Shown here: positions 20,401-27,124 of the stretch, in pieces
How positions within the stretch are numbered: the first letter of the stretch is position 1
How the letters are laid out: each line of letters starts with the position of its first letter
Assembly: GCA_035711995.1 (NCBI GenBank)
Contig: DASTBQ010000085.1
Location: forward strand, 1-57,876
Direction of reading: 5' to 3'
Source: Acidimicrobiia bacterium
GTDB taxonomy: Bacteria > Actinomycetota > Acidimicrobiia > Spongiisociales > ZC4RG35
Length of the DNA: 57,876 nucleotides
The notes under the pieces: generated by a model
Seen by the model: the letters and a program-made list of their open reading frames with translations, nothing else
The model's database searches: none
Told to the model about the DNA's origin: nothing
Position numbers and translations under genes: made by a program

Positions 20401-21230
20401 ATCAGTTGATGAAGCGCCGCTGCAACTGCATCCGACCCATGGGCTGCGAGCATGCCGTCGACGCCCTTGAACTTGACGAAACCAATCGTTGCTAGGCGGT
20501 GCTCGGAGTCGGAGATTCCGTAGGTGAGGTGGTCGCGGAGTTGACCTGGCACGAATGAGGATAGATCCGGGTCCTGACCTTGGTCCCTTGTCACGGGGCC
20601 GCATACGGGATGGTCGATCTTGTGTTTCTTCAGCAGCACGCCAGACCCCTTTGGCTCTCCGAAGAACGCGGCGGGCAATCGTTCCGCCACACTCCGGCTG
20701 ACCAGAATCTCCCCGGCTTCAGCCGTGGACTCCATCTCTGTTGTGTGAGATGCGACCGGCCCGGTCACGAGCAGCTCTCTATGCGACTCTCCCACCAAGA
20801 AGAAGTCGACCGGGCCGGTGTGGATACCCGAAGACATTTTCAGGTCGATACGGCCCACCGACGTTTTCTCCCTGGAGGCTTCTCTGAGGGCGGCTCTCAT
20901 TTCGACAGTCGCTGCAGTCGCCTGCCAGACATGGTCCTCGGTGTCGAAGAGCAGCAGAAGTGCGTCTCCTCCGAACTTGATCAGAGAGCCACCGCGGCTG
21001 AAGACGATCTCGAGCATCGCGCCGAAGACACGATTGAGAACCGCAGTCAATTCCTCCGCACCGATCCGGCCCCGTCGAGCCAGTCGTTCCGACAGGTTGG
21101 TGAAGCCTGATATGTCGACGAAAACCAGGGTGCCCTCGACGGCACGCCACAAAGAACCGGACGCGTGACGGTCCCACTCCGATGCCACTCTGGGCACATA
21201 TGGATCGAGCCCGCTCGCCCGATCAGCCAC
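17460..21230 (-). CDS. class III nucleotide cyclase (tandem cyclase-homology domains) fused to P-loop STAND-like NTPase and TPR array
   Basis: CHD1 has LVFVDISGFT and FGGDALLLLF. CHD2 has GVNRGHVFAGDVG and MGDTVNLAARL. Walker A is IAGDTGIGKTRL and Walker B is FAVVADDAQWLDE. The C-terminal 450 aa or so are TPR-like. The GTG start has AGGAGG 6 nt upstream. Confidence 0.9.
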   Translation of the reverse strand: MADRASGLDPYVPRVASEWDRHASGSLWRAVEGTLVFVDISGFTNLSERLARRGRIGAEELTAVLNRVFGAMLEIVFSRGGSLIKFGGDALLLLFDTEDHVWQATAATVEMRAALREASREKTSVGRIDLKMSSGIHTGPVDFFLVGESHRELLVTGPVASHTTEMESTAEAGEILVSRSVAERLPAAFFGEPKGSGVLLKKHKIDHPVCGPVTRDQGQDPDLSSFVPGQLRDHLTYGISDSEHRLATIGFVKFKGVDGMLAAHGSDAVAAALHQLISAIQRSVDAEEITFLATDIDSDGGKVIIAGGVPASKHDDEGSVLRAARSILDSDLDLSVQVGVNRGHVFAGDVGTDFRRTFTVMGDTVNLAARLMAAAPPGSLYSSPGVLDAASSLFHTEALEPFHVKGKEQPVLAYEVFEEIGVRPPETKHELPFHGREAELEMLVSIVTTCARVGRGGMMTIAGDTGIGKTRLIAEVIERCPGLATLTIKAEPNGSDNAYWAFRDPLRRELGIERGDAKTMTRRLSAAIRKAAPDLRPLIPLLGDVLHIDIADNETTAAIDPRFRPERTAAAIVDLLSELHNEPFAVVADDAQWLDEASRNLLLRIGSAAETRPWTVIATTRDLEGLDVNSFGDGIALAPLDDQTMRQITIEATSAAPLRPYQLDNIVNRAGGNPLFLSEIIGVIRETGSAENIPDSLDAVVSTQIDSLPPLARQTLRYSSVLGNSFPTLVLDEFLAPDAIEIDEATRTTLERFIEADGNTRLRFKHAVVHDVAYQGLPYRRRRELHGRAGEVVERMSGHDPAASAEFLAYHFSEAGRHEKAWEYSRIAAAKSQAAFSNSEAVVHYERALESARHLPGVSAASVADTWASLGEVHDMIGDYEEARKAFRRAINAGNGNPERIAEIYLKQAETWMGTGNLSQAKRNLTLGRKAVGPSPFSAREGASLARLIAYEASVHAADGEPHHAAACAREAIALGQDYDEREAIARAYGVLDWSNFMLGVDEPRHGEEAIEIYTSLGSISRAAVIMNNMGAFAYLEDQWDQAIDWYEQSLNAAERSGDVFYAALIRANIAEILISQRRYSEARSPLGEAERTYRASNARHYMPLVDLQWARLFTGESRFSDAIERLEGSLESQPDSAWSLESRVTLVDALARDGQFERAKDLLDAIQQPGSTDTGEFRARLAIASAVRWDGLGDREKARETVTEALQQVTDSGNKFDVVQLAEALISMGEVDSSLQEILDAERATLGIEDQVAAT
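17477..17517 (+). terminator. perfect 15-bp stem / 11-nt loop hairpin 10 nt after the stop of the secreted-protein gene
   Basis: gatcctcgatgccga (17477-17491) and tcggcatcgaggatc (17503-17517) are exact reverse complements. There is no clear U-tract. The hairpin lies inside the last codons of the convergent cyclase gene. Confidence 0.4.
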
Positions 21231-21236
21231 GCTCTA

Positions 21237-21242
21237 CCTCCT
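21237..21242 (-). promoter_or_regulatory. Shine-Dalgarno AGGAGG for the 1256-aa cyclase
   Basis: The plus strand reads cctcct at 21237-21242, 6 nt from the GTG at 21230. Confidence 0.5.
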
Positions 21243-21279
21243 GATCAGGGCTTCCCAGGGTAGACGGAAACAAGAAGAC

Positions 21280-23439
21280 TCATGCCGGAGGGTCGAGCCA
21301 TTGCTCGAGAGCCGACTTAGCTGCCTCGTAGCCACGCGTCGCAACTGAGACCGGGTCGGAGAAGTCCAGCATCGACACTCCTCGTATGTCGAGATTGAGA
21401 TAGAAGTCGGCCAGCCCGTCGCTCACCTGACGGTCCCGCTCCCGCATCGAGGCGGTGATCATGGATCGCATCAGGACGGCCGAGATGCCGGGGTAAGGCG
21501 AACGCTGACGCCCGGTTCTTGCTCGAAGAGCCTTCCATCCGGAGACTGCCAACCCGTAGTCCCCATGGGCTCCCGGGCCCCGTGGAGGGGCTACGTCAAA
21601 TGCAAGGACGCGGCCGATCGGAGCCTCGCTTCTGGCGATGTCGATCGGCAGGTTGTTGAGCACACCACCGTCGACGAGCAAGGCATCCTCAACGGGGACC
21701 GGGGGCATCACACCCGGTATTGCGCTCGTCGCCCTGATCGCAGTCACTAGAGACCCCCTGGTGTGCACATGAGGCCGCGACGTGGTCAGGTCGGTTGAAA
21801 CACATAGGAAAGTGGTCCACAGATCGGAGATCTCCCGGTCGCCGAAGTTCTCGAGAGCCAGCTTGGCGATCTTTTGCCCTTTGATCAACGAAACCACTGG
21901 AAGGGTGTAATCGAGTAGAGCCGAGAAGTTCTCACGCGCCAACACGAGGAGATCCTCGGGCGTGTTGCCGTCGGCGATCAGGGCCCCGAATACGCCACCG
22001 ATCGATGTTCCCGCCACGATGTCGATCGGGATCTCCAACTCCCGAATCGCACGGTAGGCCCCTATGTGGGCGAAGCCGCGTGCGCCGCCACCACCTATCA
22101 CCAGGCAATTGGCCCGTCCGGTCACTACACGAGCGGCGCGTGCCAAATCCGACACTGAGTCCCGAGCAACATGCAATGCGCTTCCACAGCCCAGGTCGCG
22201 TATCAAGCGAGCTGTGCCCGTCGGTCGGCTCGCACCGGCATGCTCGACGAGGAGAGTCCGGGGCACCCCGGAACGACAGCCCGACAACAGCGAGCCGAGT
22301 CGCGAGACTTCACTGGGGCTGAGCTCGTCCTGGGTGGCGACGATGACGTGGTCGGCTAAGTCCAACGCCCGCTGCGACCAGGGGCCGGCCACGTCGCCGA
22401 CGTCGAGAATCAAGTGATCCACGTTGAGCTCTAGCTCGTCCATCAATCTGGAGACCCTTACGTTGCCCACCTCTCCTTCGGCTGAGTCGGAGATTCCTGG
22501 GGTTTCCAGGAGTGCATCTACGCGGTCCGCCGACAACGACTCGACAGAACCCACTGTGGACAACTCGAAGCCGAACCCATCGACGATCCTCTCCCGGAGG
22601 GGGCTGGGTGCGACCAGCGCAACCACAGTTGCTGGGGCAGAACGCGCCGGGGCGTGCACGTACGCCGAGACCGCAGAACGCGCCATGTCGACAAGCACAC
22701 CAGGCTGACTCTCGGCAATACCCAAGAACGTGTCATCGGTCATCTCGGCCACCACGCTGTGACGAAGCGCAACGACTCGGCCCAGACGAGGCGTGTCCGA
22801 AAGGACTCCGAGGTCCCCGATCAGTCCTCCCTTGCCCACCGTCCCAATTGGGGCGTCGCTGTTCTGCTGTTCACGCCTGAGACGACCCCTGACGACGAAG
22901 TACACAGCGTCGGAGGGGTCGCCCTCATTGAAAAGGACCTCTCCTGCTTCGAGTTTGCGCCATTCGACAGCAGAACAGGCGGCGGCCACCCTCGACGGGT
23001 CGGTGACTCCGAGTCGTTCGACGATGATCTCGGCGAGCTCTCCCTCTTCCGCTCGTCGTACCGCGAGTGCTGAGAGGTGCTCCGCGAAATCACGGTCCGT
23101 CGTCAACAACGTCTGAAACATGGTCGCAGGTATCGAATAGAGCTCAGATGGTGCGTTCGTCTTCACGGTCGCCGTTCGAAGGCCCCCTCCAAGCGAGACC
23201 ATCTCACCCACAACCGTGCCTGGGGCGTTCAGCTCGGCCAGGACGGCGTCGTGGCCTTCGATCGTCTTGGTCACCACGAGAGAGCCCTCGATTAGAACGA
23301 AGACAGAGTCGGCTCTCTCGCCCTCCGTCACGACGATTTGGTCCTCGTCGACCCGTCTTATGACCATCTCATGATCAGCGGCTGCCAACGACCGCAACCG
23401 GTCGAGAAGCGGTACGGCTGGCCCGTCAGATGGCGTCAT
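21280..23439 (-). CDS. cyclic-nucleotide-binding (x2) patatin-like phospholipase, NTE family
   Basis: CNB1 has GEMVSLGGGLRTATV. CNB2 is degenerate (GDLGVLSDTPRLGRV). The patatin motifs are LVIGGGGARG, the GTSIG nucleophile elbow and LVDGGVLNNLP. The ATG at 23439 forms an ATGA overlap with the upstream stop. The ORF-track start at 23544 is an Arg-rich extension inside the upstream gene. Confidence 0.9.
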   Translation of the reverse strand: MTPSDGPAVPLLDRLRSLAAADHEMVIRRVDEDQIVVTEGERADSVFVLIEGSLVVTKTIEGHDAVLAELNAPGTVVGEMVSLGGGLRTATVKTNAPSELYSIPATMFQTLLTTDRDFAEHLSALAVRRAEEGELAEIIVERLGVTDPSRVAAACSAVEWRKLEAGEVLFNEGDPSDAVYFVVRGRLRREQQNSDAPIGTVGKGGLIGDLGVLSDTPRLGRVVALRHSVVAEMTDDTFLGIAESQPGVLVDMARSAVSAYVHAPARSAPATVVALVAPSPLRERIVDGFGFELSTVGSVESLSADRVDALLETPGISDSAEGEVGNVRVSRLMDELELNVDHLILDVGDVAGPWSQRALDLADHVIVATQDELSPSEVSRLGSLLSGCRSGVPRTLLVEHAGASRPTGTARLIRDLGCGSALHVARDSVSDLARAARVVTGRANCLVIGGGGARGFAHIGAYRAIRELEIPIDIVAGTSIGGVFGALIADGNTPEDLLVLARENFSALLDYTLPVVSLIKGQKIAKLALENFGDREISDLWTTFLCVSTDLTTSRPHVHTRGSLVTAIRATSAIPGVMPPVPVEDALLVDGGVLNNLPIDIARSEAPIGRVLAFDVAPPRGPGAHGDYGLAVSGWKALRARTGRQRSPYPGISAVLMRSMITASMRERDRQVSDGLADFYLNLDIRGVSMLDFSDPVSVATRGYEAAKSALEQWLDPPA

Positions 23440-26400
23440 CCAGGACCCAAGGCATAGACGAAGCCGTCCCCGCCTGCCACGAACACCACGCCGTTGGCTA
23501 CCGCAGGGGCGGCGCGCACGTGTAGATCGGTCTCCCACGTCCACAACGTCTCGCCCGACGTCGCATCCACTGCGCGGACCACGCCGTCTTCCGACGCGAC
23601 ATACACGACGTCAGCTGCCACGACGGGCGGACTCGATATCGGACTATCCGCAGTCACCTGACTTGCCGGCCACTGGTGCTCGTTGCTGGGAAGGTGGATC
23701 GAGTAGAGATAACGACCAGCTGGTAGGTACATCGTGTCACCGATGATGGCCGGGGGGACACGAACGGGGGTGTCTGCCACGTAGAACGGGAGGCGATTGG
23801 GGACGATCCCGGAGCAGGCGCCGACCGGAAGGGCCCAGATGTTCTGTCCAGTAGTACCGACGTACACGGCTTCGTCGGTGATGATCGGAGAGGTGACGAT
23901 GGGGGCCAGGGCGTCGAACTCACAGACAGGCGTGGGGATGTCCGAGCTGACGTCGATGAGGTGCAAAATGCTCGACTCGCTGCCCACGTACAGGATGCCG
24001 GAATGGAATGACAGATCGGCAGAGATCGGGCCCAACCCTTCGCCCTCGGCGGGAAACCGCCAGATCTCATCACCGCTGATCAGGTCGAGTCCATATACGA
24101 AGCCATCGTTGGTGGCCACGAACACTCGACCGTTGTCGACGACTGGAGAGGATCGGATTCGTTCACCCAATTGTGTGGACCATTGCACCCCGTTGGCCAC
24201 TGCGGCGTCCTGACCGCGAACCACTCCGTTGTCATCGACGACCACCAGCATCATGGGAGATTGGTTTTCCTCCATCTCACCCTGGCCCAAACCCGGCGCC
24301 GCCGCGATTCGCCCGTCAGGCGGCATCGTCCATATCTCCGAACCTGTGGTCTGATCCAAGTTGTAGAAGGTCCCTTCGGTGGTTCCGACGTAAACGCTCG
24401 AACCAAATGTGATCGGTCCTGCCTCGATGGGTCCCGCGGTCTCGAACCGCCAGTAATACCCGTCCACTTCACGTGGCCCGACCGCATCGACCAGACCGGT
24501 CCGTTCATAACTGCCCCGATAAACGCTGGTTCCGAAGAAGATGTCCACGTCGGCGGGGATCGCGATTTGGGTTTCTTCGAGCGATGATGGGGCGGCTGTG
24601 ACGCTGGGAACCGAACCCTCCTCGACTGAGATGGAGTTTTCAGTGGCGGTGGAGCCGCCAGTGACTTGGGAGACGGCCCAGGCGGTTCCGGCGGCCAGTG
24701 CGACGACGCCAAGCCCCGCAGCGATCGCCAACAGCCCCCGGCGTCGGCGTGACGGTCGTCTTTGTATCACCAGTCCCGACGAGCGCCGCTGCGCCGGACT
24801 GAGGGGCGAGTCAGCCGACAATCCGGCTGCAGCCAGGGAGGCCGACATCGCCCGGACAGCCGCCTCACGGTCAGGATCCTCCACCGGAGTGGGCATATCG
24901 AGAGCGGCGCGGATGTGCGGTTGTTTAGACCAATCTTCACGCCAGTCATGGGGAACACGCTTGTCGATCGCATGGATTGCAAGGATCACCGAAGCCGCTT
25001 CGCCACTGTCCCACTTGCCCGCGGCGTGTACGGCTCGCGCCGCCATGATGGGCTGCCCGGCATACAGGGCGATCGATATCGCGTCGGAGGCGGCAGAGTC
25101 AGCGCCGCCTCGCTCAGTGAGAGCGCACAGGGTCTCCGCAGCCCACCCGTACAGCTTTGCTTGGAGCAGTTGGTCGGCCAGGTCCTCCAGGTCTATGTCC
25201 GACCAGGTTTCTCCTGCCAGAGCCTGGGCCTCGATCGTCAGTGCGAGGCATCGCGTGCGCCAACGCCAACCGTCTGCACCCGGTGGCGTTGTCTCGAACG
25301 CGGCTGCAAGGTCTGCTCGTGCCAGCCCAACGTCGCCCGCTGCGAGATGAACTCGAGCGCGGGTTACCAAAGCCATGTTCTCCCAGGCGGGCAATTGACG
25401 CGTGACTAGGTCGAGGGCGCGCTCGGCCGCCTGGAGTGCCTCAGTGGTTCGACCGTAGAGCGTCGCACCCTCGGCCACGGCCAGATCGGTGAGGAAGAGT
25501 GGGGCCTCTACTCCCGTCTCGGCGGCCAAGGTCTCCGCAGTCGCGATCGCTTCCAGGCCTTCGTCTGGATGCCCGGACGGGAATAGCGACCGCGCTCTCC
25601 ATGCCTCCTTGTCCGCCAGGGAGTCTCTACCTTCGATGCGTTCGGCGTGGTCTCTGAGTCTGTTGAATTCCTTCTCTGCCCAGCTCATCTCGCCGCGATC
25701 GAAATGAACCCAGGCCCTGTTGAGCCCAACGGTGAAGTCCGCCGACTCGGCCCCAGATCTGGTCGCGATGCCCTCCGCCTTGGTCAGGGTGGCGTCGGCC
25801 TCTGCGGGAAAGCCCAGTCGGCTGAGAGTCCGCGCCTGAAATGCCAGCATCCGCGCCAGCTCGGATGGCGGCCCGTCGAACGCAGAGAGCTCCGCCATAG
25901 CGATCAGGTACTCAGCACGTTGCGGTTGCTGTGAGTCGTCGGCAATCGCGGCTGCGAGGTACAAAGCCTCGGAAAGCTGGTCGGGCGTGCACAGTTCGAC
26001 GGCACGCTCGGCGTGTGCCCGAGCTGCATCGGTGCGCCCCGCCGAGCGCAAGAACCTCGCACTGATGAGGTGCAGGGAGGCCAGGTCGCCCGGATCCCCG
26101 GCGTGACCGATCTCAGCGGCCGAACGCAGGGCGGACTCTGACATGCGGTGGGCCTCAGAGTTTGCTTGCGATGCCGCCGCACTTCGTGCCGCCTCGAGGA
26201 GAAGGGGAAATGCCAGGCCAGGTTGCCCCGCTTCGACACGGAGCTGGCCGAGACGTCCTGGACCGGTCGTGTTGGGATCCAAAGCATCTGCGAGACGCGC
26301 GGCGACATTCCCGACCCTTGCCTCTTGCACGGCAATGGCCCGGGTGCCGGCTGCCGTTGAAGAGAATCCACCCCGCCCCTGCTGGATGAGACCTTCACCG

Positions 26401-27035
26401 ACGAGGAATTCCCCCAAACGAAGTATCTCCTCCTCGGACCGTCCTGCCGCCCTCGCCGCCACACTCACCGGCAACCACCCGGTCGTAAGGCTGCATGCGG
26501 CGAGCAGATCGAGACTCTCGGGTGGTAGATGGGTGATGTCGACATCTGGGATGGCTTCGGAGGTTTTCAGTCTCTCGATACGAACCGAACCATCGAGTCG
26601 AGCGACCAGATCATCCGGATCCCAGGTGGCGTCTGCCGTGTTGGTGCGGAAAGCGAGGACCACTACCGATCCGGGTCCTTCAGACTTCATGATTCGCTCG
26701 AGACGCCCCAGCGAAGTGGCGTCTGCAGACTGAGCTTCCTCGATCACAATGGTCCGTGACGAGCTCGACTCCAGGTCCAAGACATCGGCGAGACGGCCGG
26801 GCTCACCGCCGCAGGATGACGCACAGACGACACGAGTGACAGCATTCGACAGCCCGGTCAGATCACTGCCCAACGTGCCATCGACACTCTCGAGGAGAAT
26901 GACTGTCGACCTGCCCTCGCCTCTGGCAGCGTTTCCATCCTCGATCAGATCCTGCACCAACGCGACGACACCGTCCGAATTCGACTTGCCCATTCGTCCC
27001 ACTTCTCCCGTGTCCCGGATGCGGAAAGGTATCAC
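23436..27035 (-). CDS. membrane protein: degenerate STAND-like NTPase + TPR (cytoplasmic), one TM helix, PQQ-like beta-propeller (extracytoplasmic)
   Basis: The N-terminus aligns by eye with the NTPase of the neighbouring cyclases but lacks GxxGxGK[ST] (VILLESVDGTLGSD). The Walker-B-like stretch is TIVIEEAQSAD. A long helical TPR-like region follows. RRRRGLLAIAAGLGVVALAAGTAWAV is a TM segment (about 24672-24737). The C-terminal 400 aa or so have repeated ..V(Y/F)V(G/A)..DG.(V/L)YA(L/V)D..(S/T)G...W motifs, as in BamB/PQQ propellers. Confidence 0.8.
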   Translation of the reverse strand: MIPFRIRDTGEVGRMGKSNSDGVVALVQDLIEDGNAARGEGRSTVILLESVDGTLGSDLTGLSNAVTRVVCASSCGGEPGRLADVLDLESSSSRTIVIEEAQSADATSLGRLERIMKSEGPGSVVVLAFRTNTADATWDPDDLVARLDGSVRIERLKTSEAIPDVDITHLPPESLDLLAACSLTTGWLPVSVAARAAGRSEEEILRLGEFLVGEGLIQQGRGGFSSTAAGTRAIAVQEARVGNVAARLADALDPNTTGPGRLGQLRVEAGQPGLAFPLLLEAARSAAASQANSEAHRMSESALRSAAEIGHAGDPGDLASLHLISARFLRSAGRTDAARAHAERAVELCTPDQLSEALYLAAAIADDSQQPQRAEYLIAMAELSAFDGPPSELARMLAFQARTLSRLGFPAEADATLTKAEGIATRSGAESADFTVGLNRAWVHFDRGEMSWAEKEFNRLRDHAERIEGRDSLADKEAWRARSLFPSGHPDEGLEAIATAETLAAETGVEAPLFLTDLAVAEGATLYGRTTEALQAAERALDLVTRQLPAWENMALVTRARVHLAAGDVGLARADLAAAFETTPPGADGWRWRTRCLALTIEAQALAGETWSDIDLEDLADQLLQAKLYGWAAETLCALTERGGADSAASDAISIALYAGQPIMAARAVHAAGKWDSGEAASVILAIHAIDKRVPHDWREDWSKQPHIRAALDMPTPVEDPDREAAVRAMSASLAAAGLSADSPLSPAQRRSSGLVIQRRPSRRRRGLLAIAAGLGVVALAAGTAWAVSQVTGGSTATENSISVEEGSVPSVTAAPSSLEETQIAIPADVDIFFGTSVYRGSYERTGLVDAVGPREVDGYYWRFETAGPIEAGPITFGSSVYVGTTEGTFYNLDQTTGSEIWTMPPDGRIAAAPGLGQGEMEENQSPMMLVVVDDNGVVRGQDAAVANGVQWSTQLGERIRSSPVVDNGRVFVATNDGFVYGLDLISGDEIWRFPAEGEGLGPISADLSFHSGILYVGSESSILHLIDVSSDIPTPVCEFDALAPIVTSPIITDEAVYVGTTGQNIWALPVGACSGIVPNRLPFYVADTPVRVPPAIIGDTMYLPAGRYLYSIHLPSNEHQWPASQVTADSPISSPPVVAADVVYVASEDGVVRAVDATSGETLWTWETDLHVRAAPAVANGVVFVAGGDGFVYALGPG

Positions 27036-27124
27036 GGGAGCATTCCGAGCGATGGTGAAACCACTTCAAACGAGGTGCCAATACCGACGGGTGACGACCG
27101 GCGGACACTTAGAGTCCTGGTGCA

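Noticed and set aside
27036-27124. Possible CRP/GlxR-type site in the divergent promoter between the patatin operon and cyclase 2 (ggtgaaaccacttcaaa)
   Set aside because: Only one half-site (GTGA) fits TGTGA-N6-TCACA, and the second half is wrong at correct spacing. It is attractive given the cAMP theme but is not supported by the sequence.
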